A stretch of 64,000 nt of DNA from Octopus vulgaris (GCA_951406725.2 OX597825.1:55180001-55244000), one strand, 5' to 3'. Numbered from the stretch's first letter, positions 23,590 through 37,025 are shown. Numbers and translations: made by a program. Notes: generated by a model from the letters alone, not told the origin.

Positions 23590-24975
23590 AGTCATAAGGT
23601 TACAGAAATGGAAAGATCGTTTTGGAAATCTAGTGGAGAGACATCCTGTCACCAATGGTGTCAGTTCAGAGAATAATAAAAAATGAACTCACTATCAAGA
23701 AAGACCCATTTATTGAAAATGAGTTGGAAGCAGTTTTGAAGAGATTGAAGAACGAGAAAGCCATTGGTTAAGATTAAGTATCGTCTGAGGTATGAAAGAT
23801 GAAAAGATTTAATGATATTCTCCAGCAATCCTGCAATGATGCAATCTGGGTCTGGACCTATTACTGACCACCAACTACAAAAGTATCACAAGGCTATTAC
23901 AGCTAAAATCTCCACTACGATGATGCATAATAAAATACAGTCTGAAATCAAGAAAATTCTTTGTCCATCTCAGAATGGATTCAGACAGAACAGATCAACA
24001 CTTGGACATTGACTATGAGAAAAACCATCGAAGAAGCAAGAACAAGGAACATAGAGGCAGTGTTACTCTGTGTGTACTTCTCGAAGGCCTTTGATTCAGC
24101 ACTCTGAGCAAAGATGGCTGACAAAATGAGGCCCTACAGAATACTACAAGAAAAAATGGATGCAATCATGATGCTGTATAAGAATACAAAATTGGTGGTG
24201 TGATCCCCCAAAGGTGATAAAGTCATATTTAATATTCAGATGGCAGTACTAAAGGAGAAAATACTAACATCCTTCTTGTTCATTATAACACTGAACTTGT
24301 AACATTGGTTTTACTCAACAGAAAACTAGAAGTAGGTGATATCCAGCTCGGAATATGGCTGTTTATGCAGATGACCTTGCACTATTTGATGACAAGGTAA
24401 AAGATGCTGAAAAACCACTGCCTGCATTAGAAAAGGCAGCTTCCAGGATCAAACTTTAAGTGAATGTTGGGAAGACTAAATACATATGCTTTAACCAGAA
24501 GGGACAGATCAGTTTGTTGAGTGGGGCATCTCTGAAGAAAGCTGAATGTTTCACTTATCACAGAAGTGATATGCAATCCATCAAAAAAGTTGTATCAAAC
24601 CACATAGCAAAAACATGGAGTGCACTGGACAAGTTAGGAATAATTTGGAAATCTATACTGCCTGGTCAGAAGAAAACAGAATTCCTCAGAACCATAGTAG
24701 AATCAGTTCTTTTTTGCTGTTCAGAGATATAAAGTGAGCTTGATGGAACTTACGTATGTCACATTCTGTTCTCACCAAATCATGGAAACAGCATCCAGAA
24801 CTTTATGAAATATCCCCCGACATACCATCAATCATTTGAGAGTGGAGGACAAGATATGTTGGTCACTACTACTGAAGCAAAGATGAATTAGTGAGTGAGC
24901 TCCATTTGTGGATCTTGAGCCATGAGAATTTTCATGTCAGATGACCAAGAATGATATACATTAATCAACTCTCTT
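23590..24975 (+). mobile_element. RTE-clade LINE reverse transcriptase relic
   Basis: QNGFRQNRST, FSKAFDS, YADDLAL (tatgcagatgac ~24365), NVGKTKY, ALDKLGIIWKS, VESVL; many stops and frameshifts. Confidence 0.92.
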
Positions 24976-25449
24976 GTGTGATAGCTATATACTAAAATGT
25001 GATAGAAGAAAAATGTTGTGCAGGATCACACTTCATACACAAGTATCAAACAAGTTTCCTTTCACTCTAAGAATAAAACCCTTTGTGTTATCAGAGACAA
25101 CAGCCCCTTGCACTTTTTTGACTCTGGTCTTAATTTAGCTATGTTTCCAAAACACCTACCTCAACTGTTAAGTGGGTTACCTGGGTAAAAAAAATGAAAT
25201 ACTACTACTAGCAAGCCTTCCATATATTTGAAAAATCTATTTCACATTTGTGAGTGCATGCATGTGTATGAAAGTCTGCTTACATGCACACATATACATG
25301 TAGCCACATACAAGTCTATTCACCCAACCACACATACATATCCATACATATGAAAGATGAAAATATCAAGAAGATACAATTTAAAATAGGGCCTCAGGCT
25401 ATATGGCATACCATTAAGATTTTAAATAGACACTTGAGCATATAGGAGA

Positions 25450-27210
25450 AAAAACATATTAATTCTAAATGTCTAACATTTTAGTTTTATGTTTCAAAAT
25501 AAATAACTTTTCCAATGTACAAATACTATATAAAAACGTTTGATTATATACAGGAAACTATTTTGTCTACAAGTCCCCATTTTATGACATAAGGTACATA
25601 ACTATTTCTCAATAACAACACATTCAATGCCAAATTTATGTCTGCTCGCCTTTGTAGTGTATAAAATGCATAGCTATGCTACTGCAGTCAACCCTTAAAT
25701 TGACTCCTGGTTATAGCTGTACAATTAATGACATTTAAGGTCAATACTGGACATTAAAGTGATGCATATATTACATATTCCTTGAGGCAATGTCCATTAA
25801 CTGGGCATACACTTGTAAAAAGACAATTATATTCTCTTGCTTTATTTCCAATAATATTCTGATTATTTAATTTCTTCATAATCTTCCCATTGTTAATGGC
25901 TATGACAGAATTAGCAAAGTTCGTTAACGCAATTAGCAAATTTTATTATATTTATGCTCTGGGGAAAATGCCTTCTGATAAATTAATGGAATGTTTTGCT
26001 TATTTTCATACTTACAATCATGAAAAATTGGGGATTATTTGGTAGTCTCTCTATTCTGTTTCTTTTCATTATTTTCTGTCTGTCTACTATATTTAATGGC
26101 TTCCTTGAAAACACAAGATACCAAGGCATTTTTATACACATTCATTGTTCTATTAAAAGCTACTTCACATGAAATGCTGATATTCACTTGCTCAGGAGTT
26201 TAGCTATATTACTAAAAGTATAAGTTGGTCTATATATGATGATGAATCATTAGATTGGTACAGCATATTATCCAGATATCTTGATAGTTGACTAATATTG
26301 TAATTATAAAGTTCATGTCAACAAATAAATCATTAAATACTAACAACTCTGCTTATATTTTTGGGCTATTGAGAAACCATCATTTCTACAAAACCCTCCA
26401 ATTATGGTATGAAACCTCTTATGAAACAAGGTTTAAAATATAATTCCATTAAATCTGTAATTTCTGCAGAATCCTTGGCACTTGTACTTACATCAAAGAG
26501 AACTTCAAGATTTTGTTTCATCAACTGAACACTTTCAGAAAACGATTACATTTTCTGACAAAAATAATTATATCTGTTCTAATCTGTTGTGGTAGTATGA
26601 AGTTTTATTTTAAAAAAAGAGCTTTTAGTAGATGTTTTGTAACCAAAGAATAATGACCAACTATGTCAAACTGTGTGGATATGCATACTAATAGTTTAAA
26701 AATAATGGATTTAAACTAACAATGGATGCTCCATTATTCCAAAGTATTTTCTGGAGTTTTATGAACGTCATTTCTTTTGCATAACATCAATTTGCTAATT
26801 TTCCTTAGTTTGGCTTAATGAGTATAATGGAGAAATGATTTGAACAATTTAGTCCATAGTTCTTGTCAGTTATATAAGGTCTCTTTTGTTCAAGCAAGTT
26901 CACTTTATGTTAAGACGATGCAATAAGTTCCGTCTCCTTATTAGCAGAATATAAAGTATCAAAGGTGTCTTTTTTGTAGATGTTGCACCTGCTATTTTTC
27001 AAAAGATCATTCTAAGTGTTGAAGTCCCATTTAAATGTATTTCTAGATCTGTCTGTTTTTGTGATAAATTTTCTTTATGTTCTATAACAATTTATGCTGT
27101 AAGGTGTTACATATATTCTTGAACTTCACATTCTTCTTCATTTTGAACTGTCTTTCTCAAAAAGTTCAAATAATACATTTCTAGGTAGACATCTTTTGGT
27201 GCTGAAGCCA
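25450..27210 (-). mobile_element. Penelope-like element relic (RT plus linker into GIY-YIG)
   Basis: LFDVSTSAKDSAEITDLMELYILN (cf. FDVTMGS.DGAE.CELVGLYIL) at ~26430-26505; YNCLFTSVCPVNGHCLKEYVIYASL (PLE Cys linker plus VIY). Confidence 0.85.
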
Positions 27211-27489
27211 TAATTCAAATCGTTTGATTCCTCATTTTTGTAAAAAAAAAAAAAAAAAAAAAAAATAAAATGCCTTTTAACACATTCACTTATTTAAATT
27301 TTCTCTACATTGCTTTAGACTTTTAACAAACTGTTTGTTAGTGTGTTACCATATAGTTTTGATGGTAAAATCTACTGCATAGTTATTCTCAATCAGTAGC
27401 TATGCTTAAAATACAAAGAGAGTTCAATTCAAAGAGGAGCTTCAAAATGATAAAAATAAATGAATCCTCACAAACTCTATACAATGATA

Positions 27490-27640
27490 CAGAGCATAAT
27501 ACATAATTTCAATAGCTTGATTGTCCTTCAGATGCATTACAGCTAAAAGTTTCACCATTTCTAGATTTATAGGTAATGAATCAAAACTAACTTTCCATGA
27601 TAAGTGCTGAATTCAAAATGAAGATAAATCCATTTTCTTT
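27490..27640 (-). repeat. pLTR-like repeat, copy 2, upstream of the PLE ORF
   Basis: aggtaatgaatcaaa...ttccatgataagtgctgaattcaaaat matches 22424-22475. Confidence 0.7.
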
Positions 27641-27726
27641 AATATGCACACTTGAAACAGCATTAGATTAAAATACTGATATATCTAATGTATATAATAT
27701 AATGTAGAACAGCACCAGCTGTAATA

Positions 27727-27954
27727 CTAACCTTTTAATATTCAGATTACTCTGTCAAATATAGAGATTATTTATCTACATTGTTTTGAATTAATCATGC
27801 ATCATCTCTTAGCTTTGAGATTTCAATGATGTGATTGTCTATGTTTTAGAATGGCATTATAGGGTGGGTATGAGAGTCCAGATCTCACCAGTTTGGTCAT
27901 AAACAGGTAGAATATTTGAGCCAGATGTGACTGGTTTAAATGCTAAAGGGCTGA
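27727..27954. mobile_element. piggyBac-like MITE
   Basis: Degenerate termini taaccttttaatatt / aatgctaaagggctga fit TTAA-CCCTTT...AAAGGG-TTAA. Confidence 0.6.
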
Positions 27955-28075
27955 TGTATGATATGAAACAACATCAGATTAAAATACAGGTATGTATAAC
28001 ATTCATAATGTATATACAAACATGGAATGGCACTACCTGTAATATTTTGTCACAGAAAAACATCTCAAAGAGACT

Positions 28076-28290
28076 TACTCTTTTACTTGTTTCAGTCATT
28101 TGACTGTGGCCATGCTGGAGCACTGCCTTTAGTCAAGCAAATTGACCCCAGGACTTATACTTTGTAGGCCTAGTAATTATTCTATCAGTCTCTTTTGCCG
28201 AACTGCTAAGTTACAGGGACATTGACACACCACCATTAGTTGTCAAGTGATGTTAGGGGGACAAACACAGACACACAAACATACACACAC

Positions 28291-28333
<43 letters not shown>

Positions 28334-28497
28334 TGACGGGCTTCTTTCAGTTTCCATCTACCAAATCCACTCACAAGGCTTTGGTCGGCCCAAGATTATA
28401 ATAGAAGAAACTTGCTCAAGGTGCCACGCAGTGGGACTGAACGCAGAACCATGTAGTCGGTAAGCAAGCTACTTACCACACAACCACTCCTACGCCT
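28076..28497 (-). mobile_element. SINE family A, full length with internal (TA)n
   Basis: Well-preserved reverse complement of the 2155-2528 family. Confidence 0.92.
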
Positions 28498-28544
28498 ATG
28501 TGAATCAAAAGAACACATGGCTCATTCAAACAGTGCTTTAATCT

Positions 28545-29020
28545 AATAATTGGTCTATTCAGTGATGAACACACTCATTGAATTGACTATCAGGCTTCAC
28601 AATTATCAGCTGCTATATGGAAAATTATATTAGGATGATTTTTTATATATCATTTTCTCTAAATTTAAATTTTCAAGTATTCATTTGTACTGTGGAACAT
28701 GCTTTTAATTAGTGTATTAATAATGGCATTAGATATATTTATTATAATTAAATGGATTGAAAATTATTATAAAATAAAGTGAAAATACTTTTGATTTGTT
28801 AAACGTCATTGCAAACAGAAAATTGGTACCCAAAAGGAAGATTGGTATCATTGGGTGTTGCCTCGGATTATTCAAATAAATGTAGTTAAAGGTATAATGA
28901 CATTGACAATATAGTAATTGCCATGGTGTATTTATATATTTAGTGTCACACATAGTGCCCATACTAAAATTGAATATCTTTGTATATAACCACACAACCA
29001 TAGAATTCATACAGCATCAA
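28545..29020 (+). mobile_element. Highly degenerate Penelope-type RT fragment
   Basis: Frameshifted fragments ENTFD..., CKQKIGTQK (cf. Y.Q..GTAMG), RYNDID (cf. RYIDD), HTTIEF in RT motif order. Confidence 0.45.
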
Positions 29021-29029
29021 AAGATAGCT

Positions 29030-29106
29030 GTGTTAGAGAAGCATCCCTTCACTTGCAAACATTTTTCAATGGAATTTTTTGTTGTCCAGGTAAACTTGAT
29101 AAAGAA

Positions 29107-29153
<47 letters not shown>

Positions 29154-29490
29154 GTAAAAGATACAATGATAGTTGCATCAAACTGGTGAAATAAAAATGG
29201 CTAGGCATTGACGCCATCATATACATATTTTACAATGTAAATGGAAAATGAGAAAATTCAAATATTGAGAGATAGTAAGCAATATATGCCTGCAGGAAAA
29301 GAAAAATACCAATATAATTTTATATGCACAAACTGATAATTGTGAGCTTTTTTTCTTTTTCAGTCTTTTTCTTTTGATTTTAGCATTTAGCATGAATATG
29401 TGTCTTTGATATATTAATCCAGTACCTGAAGACCAGGAAATGGTAGAACTTTTGTTTGGTTGTAACTGAAAGACAATCCATCTATGAAAT
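29030..29490 (+). repeat. pLTR-like repeat, copy 3 (inverted), with hammerhead-like CTGAAGA
   Basis: Reverse complement of 22370-22830; tac-CTGAAGA-cc-aggaaat-gg-ta-GAAC-tttt-GTT at 29423-29456. Confidence 0.8.
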
Positions 29491-30414
29491 ATATATATAT
29501 TCTAGTTTAATGTTATTTTGTATTATATTACTATGTTGGCTTCATTTTGTTTGATTCGCATTTATCACAGCAGCTAAATGTGGTGACAAAACTCAGAGTA
29601 ATAGCTGAGTAAAATCATGATCAAAATGAAAGGCATATTCAAATCTAACATTAAAACACACATTCAATGTAACCCACTAGAGTTTTTTTTTTAAACTGCT
29701 AACTATGCTTGTTCAGTTGGCAGTTGTTACTATTACTTACAGAAACTATACAGTAAACAGAACATGCATACCAACTATTTACACGTACATAACTTTAAGG
29801 TTTCCATTGACATAATTTTGCTCAGGACACAACCAATTCACACTTTAGGACTAATTTTAAACAGTTTTCATTCTTGGATTCTACAAGGAGTTCCAAAAGT
29901 AAGTCAATGGTAAAGCAGGATTTATATATGAAAACCAACCAGTTTCACTTACTAGGCATATGTCAGCCAAGAGGAATAGTAGGAAACACTTGTCAAACAT
30001 AGCATGGAGTGAAGCTTAACCTAAAACCACATGGTTTGAATTGGAATTCTAAAATAGACTTATGCCTGCTTGCACACACACACACACACACACACACAGA
30101 GATGCACATATCCCTCTATCATGTTTTTCATGCCTCTTGTGAATGTGAAGATGTAAAGTAAAGAATTCTCTTCAGTCAACAGTTCTTTGTAATACCATGA
30201 AAACTTGCTCCCAATACACTTAGTAAAGTGGTTGATGTTCAGAAGGGCATCCAGCCATAGAAACCAACCCAAAAGTGTGACACATGCTTAGATGAGAAGT
30301 ACCTCTGAATGTGCTAGCTCTAACTGTGGTGACATATCCAACACATACCCACACCAAAAGTAAACATAAAATGATGATGATCAGGATACTTCAATACACA
30401 TCTTCATGCCTTCA

Positions 30415-30785
30415 TTTATCTTCCATTTGTTTCAGTCGTTTGACTGCAGCCATGTTGGAGAGCCACCTTGATGAATTTTTAGTCAAATGAATCAACCGCA
30501 GTACTTCTCATTTTATCTTTTAAGCTTGGTATTTATTCCATCAGTATCTTTTGCCAACCTGCCAAGTTATGAGGACATCAACACACCAACACCAATTGTC
30601 AAACAGTAGTTGAGGACAAACACAGACACAAAGACATACACACACACACATATATATATATATGCAACAAGCTTCTTTCAGTTTCCATTTCTCAAGGGTT
30701 CTGTCAGCCCAAGGCTGTAGTAGAAAACACTTGCCCAAGGCGCCATGCAGTGAGACTGAACGCAAAACCATGTGGTTAGGAAACA
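30415..30785 (-). mobile_element. SINE family A
   Basis: tttgtttcagtcgtttgactgcagccatg...aaacacttgcccaaggcgcc. Confidence 0.85.
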
Positions 30786-31403
30786 CACATATGTATACAT
30801 ACTCACAACACACAAAACACACACACACATACATACATACATACATACACACTCACATAGACATTTATTTATTGCACTTTAATTTCAGAAGACTCTTTTA
30901 GTTACTCTTGTCATTTTCGATTCTCTTTGACAAATATAAACAAAGAAGAAAAAGAAACAAACCACAGAAAGAAAAGGAAAAGAAACAAGTGAAAATGAAT
31001 AGTGGAAGTGTCAACTTGAAGAATGATATGGAAAGACTGTGTTTCTGCAATTCCAAATTTCAACATCGAATCTCAAACTACAGCTGACATAAATAATAAG
31101 TTAGAATTCACAATATATTTGCAAGAATTTGGAATTTACCAGGAATTTTATGAAATTGATATATTACAATAATGAATCTTAAATCAACTGAACTGCATCC
31201 AGAAACTACTCTTATTGGAAATTTGGACAGAAATATCAAAATTAAATTTATTATTGTCAGTATTGTTGTTATTATTCTTATCGTTAGTAGTTGAGGAAGT
31301 AGGTATGTGTGTAGGTGTGCATATATACACCTATATTCATATATATGTATACACACACACACACACATATATATACATACATACAAAAATATATGCATAT
31401 ACC

Positions 31404-31437
<34 letters not shown>

Positions 31438-31444
31438 TGGTAAA

Positions 31445-32045
31445 GTGAGGGGCTGCTGCAGGCTCCAGACTGATTCAGCATGGTTTCTATGGCTAGATAC
31501 CCTTCCTAATGCCACCCACTCCGAAAGTGTAAGTGGGTACTTCTACATGGTCCCAGCATGGGTGCCAGCTGCGTGATACCAGTACCTGCCATGACTATAA
31601 TTTCCCTTGACTTGCTAGATCTACTCAAGCACAACATATTACCAAAGGTCTCAGTCATTTGTCATTGCCCCCGTGAGGCCCAACACTCAATAGGTGCTTT
31701 TTACAGGCCTTGGGAACAGGTGCTAATTATGTGACACTGTCACAAGCCACATTGCCTCCACAACACCCAACACCTGAAAGGCACTTTTTAAATGCCACCA
31801 ACATGAGTACCAATTCTGTGACACTGGCATTAGCCACAACAATGATTTCACTTGGCTTGACAGGTCTTCTCAAGCACAGCATACAGCCAAGGTCATTGGT
31901 CACTGCCTCCATGAGGCCCAACATTCAGAGATTATACTTCACCAACTTGTCCTATGTCTTCCTGGATCTGCCCCCTCCACAGTTAGAAATTGGTACTTCC
32001 TTACACAGCTGTCCTCATTCATATGCATCACCTGACTGTACCACA
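31445..32045 (-). mobile_element. RTE LINE 3' end with reiterated ORF-terminal module
   Basis: Two copies of cttctcaagcacagcat...ggtc..tgaggcccaaca; homologous to 45140-46000. Confidence 0.85.
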
Positions 32046-32048
32046 ACC

Positions 32049-32083
<35 letters not shown>

Positions 32084-32089
32084 TATGCA

Positions 32090-32140
<51 letters not shown>

Positions 32141-32399
32141 CAGTCTTTTCAAGGACAATGGTTAAAATTCAAATTTGCTTTATTCTATTCTATTTATTCT
32201 TTTTTTTGCATGCATACATATACAATACATACATATATCTACACATACTCATATGTGCATGCATATACACAACACATACACACACATATACTTCTATACA
32301 TACGTACATATGTACCAAACTATGTACGCTCATATGGTTATATATAACTGCATATATGTATTTTAGTATCATGCATTTCAACATGTATGTATGGATTAC

Positions 32400-32958
32400 C
32401 ACATGTAAATGAGAGAGAGGGGTGGCTTTAGAATGGTACTCCCAAGTGGAATCTGGATGTTACCCCATTCGGATTTATGGTTGTGAGTGGGATTGTATTC
32501 TTGTATACAGACAGTTTCAGTGACTTGTCTCAGCATTGCATCAGTGGGATGTGTGGATAGGATGTTTAACTTAAGTCTCCCTAAGGAGCTCTTGTGGCAG
32601 TCTACAGCATGCTGATAGAAGATGGGGTTTGCTTTCTTTTCAATGTAGTTGTCCAGGTGTTCTTTGAACCTATCATTGATACTCCTAGAAGTCTCACCTA
32701 TGTATGACTCTGGGTTAGTCATGCAAGCTCCTTCTTGGCACTTAATTTGGTATACAGTGCTCTTGGTTTTGCAGTTCACATGTGGGTTTGTAGAACATAC
32801 TGCACAATTATTTTGACACGTGATTCCATCAAATGGATATGATCTACATAAAACAGATTTGATAGTCCTACCTGTCTTTTCTACAACTTAGATCTTAAGG
32901 CCAGCTGTGCGCAGGATTTTCTTAAATGCCTTACTTAATTCGTTCTTAGGTGTGGTGT
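32400..32958 (-). mobile_element. Penelope-like (possibly Neptune-type) GIY-YIG endonuclease relic
   Basis: VVEKTGRTIKSVLCRSYPF..C..CAVC..NCKTKSTVYQIKC..YIGETSRSINDRFKEH..RQVTETVCI..N..EW. Confidence 0.92.
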
Positions 32959-32959
32959 C

Positions 32960-33056
32960 AACAAACATTACACTGCACATGGAAGGCTGCATCATTACTC
33001 ATGTAAATACCCAGGTCACGTACTGACTGTGTTCTGTGATTGCAATCCCTCCAGGG
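32960..33056 (-). mobile_element. CR1/Jockey-group LINE fragment
   Basis: QSVRDLGIYMSNDAAFHV, typical of the RT thumb motif (.KDLG..D..L.F..H). Confidence 0.6.
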
Positions 33057-33221
33057 ATATATATATATATATATATTTATACACACACACACACATATAT
33101 ACATATATATATATACATATATATACATACATATATATATATATACAAGCATATATATATATATTGTTATATTTCAACACACGACTTCACATAAAAAATC
33201 TTGCACAACAAATATTTAAAC

Positions 33222-33275
<54 letters not shown>

Positions 33276-33402
33276 AAATAATTGCGATTCAATTGAGTTA
33301 GGTACTTAAGTTGAAGCACCAAGTTAGTGTGGTATTATCTGTACAACTCAAAGTAAGGTGAATAAAATCAAATTAAAATAAGCAACAGGGTATCAAGAGG
33401 TG

Positions 33403-33491
33403 ATGCAGTATGACTGTTTCAAGTGGCTCCTATTTAATTGAACAATGCAATCATTACATCAGTTTAAATGCAGGTCTATCCTCAGCTGCAT
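33403..33491 (-). ncRNA. Hammerhead-like motif, left arm (CpG-decayed)
   Basis: Minus strand: atgcag-CTGAGGA-[stem II]-GAAAC-agtc-ATA-ctgcat. Confidence 0.55.
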
Positions 33492-34465
33492 AAATAAATA
33501 TATAGAATATTTTAATCAGTTGCACACATTACTATGATTTTACTCAAATTTTCTAATAGAGCAAGAAGAGGGGGAAAGTCCATGTTGCTACTAATGTGAC
33601 TCAGAACATGCTACACCTCTAAGAACTGTATGAAGTTTGTTAGGGTCATACCTTGTAAATGATTGTGGTTCACTTTTAATTTATTAGGCTTTTTTTATCA
33701 ACTACCAAATCTAAGACTAGAGGACAGTGTCTGTTTAGAGAAGATAGGCAGAGTGAGTTGACAGTTTATAGCTGGGTATGATCGTGAATATTATCAGGAT
33801 TTAGAAAATGTATAAGTAAATGTATAAATGTAAAGCAAGCTTTATAGAAACCACCTTATAAGTAAATGATTAAGTACAGGTATGAAGATTAATCTAATTC
33901 TATGTAATCTTCCCTTTCTAATGTTGAAAATTTGTATACATACACAGTTTATCTACTCTGGTTATAATATCATTTTTAGTAATATTAAATTTTATCTTCA
34001 TACAACATAACAATATTGTTTATATATAATCATCCATTGTACCTCATGATAATTTCCTCTGTATTATCATAAGTTTTATCAGCGTCTTGCTCCTTTAACT
34101 GGTAATTATCACCTTGATTTAGGGTCTTCTCCCCAGCCTCCTTTATAGACATTTACTTATACAGTTTCTAAATCCTGACAATATTTATGACCATACCCAG
34201 CTACAAACTGTCAACTCTATCCATACACTGTCCTCTAGCTTTAGATTTGGTAGTTGATAAAAAAAAAAAGACTAATAAATTAAAAGTGACCCACAATCAT
34301 TTACAAGCTATGACCCTAATAAACTTCATACAGTTCTTAGAAGTGTAGCATGTTCTGAGTCACATTAGTAGCAACATGGACTTTCTCCTTCTTGCTCTAT
34401 TAGAGAATTTGAGTAAAATTATATTAATGCCTGCAACTGAAAATAAAAATTCTATTTATTTATCT

Positions 34466-34553
34466 ATGCAGCTGAGGATAGCCCTGCATTTAAACTGATG
34501 GAATGATTGCATTGTTCAATTAAATGGAGCCACTTGAAACGGTCGTACTGCAT
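34466..34553 (+). ncRNA. Type-I minimal hammerhead ribozyme, right arm
   Basis: Stem I atgcag/ctgcat (6 bp), CUGAGGA 34472-78, long stem II (catttaa..aatg attg catt..ttaaatg), GAAAC 34536-40, ggtc, GUA 34545-47. Confidence 0.75.
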
Positions 34554-34678
34554 CACATCTTGTTATCCTGTTGCTTATTTTAATTTGATTATATATACAT
34601 ACACATATATATATACATATATACGTGCATGTATGTGTGCGTATATATATATATATATACATACACACACACACATTT

Positions 34679-34717
<39 letters not shown>

Positions 34718-34782
34718 CATATATATATATATATACACATATATATATGTATATACACATATATATATACATGTGTATGAAA

Positions 34783-34814
<32 letters not shown>

Positions 34815-34827
34815 GTGTATGTATGTA

Positions 34828-35150
34828 TCATCATCATCATTTAATGTCTGCTTTCCATGCCAGCATGAGTTTGACCGAAAACTGGTGAGCCACTGGGCTG
34901 CACCAGGTTCCAATCTGATTTGCCAAGGTTTCTACAGCTGGATGCCCTTCCTAATGCCATCCGCTCTGAGAGTGTAGTGGGTACATTTTACGTACCGCTG
35001 GCATGGGAGCTGTTGACCTGACACCCACATCGGTCATGAGTATGGTCTCATTTGGTTTTATAGGACAACACAAGCACTGTATATCACCAAGGGTCTTGGT
35101 CACCTGTCACTGCCACCATGAGGCCCAATCCTCAAATGGTGCTTTTAACA
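34828..35150 (-). mobile_element. RTE-tail retroposon copy
   Basis: (CAT)n, tttccatgccagcatg, ttctacagctggatgcccttcctaatgcca. Confidence 0.8.
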
Positions 35151-35159
35151 TCATTGGCA

Positions 35160-35211
<52 letters not shown>

Positions 35212-35273
35212 ATATATATATAAATATATATGCATATATATATAGATAGATATATACACATATATGCATACAT

Positions 35274-35308
<35 letters not shown>

Positions 35309-35633
35309 TGTGCTTTTGATATATGTTTTATTGACTATATATAAGTATCTATATATATATCAATATGTATATATAAGTATCAATATATATTTATATATAT
35401 AAATATGCATGTACATATGGGTGTTCATATGTATAAATATATTATTCAATTTTCCTATTTGTTAAGATATTTTCCCATTTTTTTTGTTAAATGACACATT
35501 TTATCACCTCTACATGACTTCACACTCTATTCATACATTCACATGTACATATACATAGATACATGCATAGATACATACACATTTGTATATATGTGCATAA
35601 ATTCATATGTAAATAAATACATCTGTAGTGTAA

Positions 35634-35711
<78 letters not shown>

Positions 35712-36249
35712 GTATATACATACACACACATATGCATAGCTTGACTCAATTTATTTTGATTTCCATCAATGATTCTAATCAGAAAGAATGGTGAAATCAA
35801 GCAATTGCGAAATTGAAGAATATTGGTATTTGTTTTGTATTTTATTGCTTCATATCCAACCATTATACTAAGTTAAACACAAACACATACACATGCTCAT
35901 ACACACACACATGTACATATCTTTCATATATGAATATAAATATATATACATATACATGTATATGTGTGTTTCATATCTAAATATATATATATATATATGT
36001 ATTAAGAGAGAGAGAGCAAGAGAGAATGAGAACTTATACATGTGTGTGTGTGTGTGTTGAATTATTGGTGAATAAAATTGAAATGAGGTGTATATTTATT
36101 AAGACATATTCTTCTCTATTCTCTTGAAACAAATCAGGCATCACAAAGTAAAAGTGAAATTCTTCATGTTCCAGTTTGCTTTGTTTAACATACTTACATC
36201 TATATTCCACTCACAGAACAAATGATGGAACAGGCAGCTGTGTCTTTAA

Positions 36250-37025
36250 TAACAAACAACAGCAATGATTACATTGGCTAGGGACATCACTGCAATGAAG
36301 ATGATGGTGGTGGTGGTGGTGGTGGAACTGGTAGTGATGCTGAAGGTGGTGGTAACAATGATGATGCTGGTGATGATGACGATCATGACAACAACAACAA
36401 TAATGATAACAGCAACAAAAATGGTCGTGTTGGTAACAGATGATGATGATGATAATGGTGATGGTGGTGGTGATGGTGAGGGTAGTGGTTGCACTGATGT
36501 TGATGGGGTGGTACTGGAACTGACGATGATGATGCTAGTGATGATGATGGTGATGACAACAGCAATAAAAATGGTGGTGCTGGTGATGGATGATGAGGAT
36601 GATGATGATAATTTTGACAACAGCAATGATGATGATATTGAAATTTATGTTAGTGATGATGATAATGAGAATTTTGATAATGATAATCATCATCACATTA
36701 AAAGCTATATAGGACAATAAGAGCAGCAAGAACAATGATGGGGATGATGCTAATTAATGGTGGTGATTATGATGATGGGAATGATGTTTAATGCTGATGA
36801 TAATGATGCTGAAGATGCTGACTGTTGTGATAATAGCAGTCATAATATTGGTGGTTATGGTGATAACAATGATGATGATGTAATGATGGCAGTGATAGAA
36901 ATGACGATGATGATGAGGATGATGATGATGGTGATGGTGATGTTGATGTCATTGAGATGATGGTAGTGATATCAGTGCTGAAAATAATGACGCCAGCATC
37001 GATGATGATGAAGACAATCACGATA
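36250..37025. repeat. Compound (GAT/GGT/AAT)n low-complexity tract
   Basis: Direct reading; source of the poly-D/M/V/H pseudo-ORFs. Confidence 0.9.

Larger units (their letters stand above)
33275..34590. mobile_element. Palindromic non-autonomous PLE-type element in (TA)n with ~460-bp inverted arms
   Basis: 33366-33828 is the reverse complement of 34142-34590 (e.g. aaagtccatgttgctactaatgtgactcagaacatgctacac). About 90 bp of unpaired extension on the left only. Each arm has a hammerhead motif. Confidence 0.9.

Noticed and set aside
30889-31100. Possible coding exon after ttaatttcag (MNSGSVNLKND...)
   Set aside because: Stops after about 30 codons, with no recognisable homology or linked exon.
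34507-35863. Many 60-180 aa ORFs rich in YI/HT/CV (also at 31.1-33.3, 40.1-41.2, 46.8-47.2, 54.2-56.9 and 62.0-62.6 kb)
   Set aside because: They are translations of (TA)n/(CA)n/(TG)n microsatellites, which lack stops in some frames.
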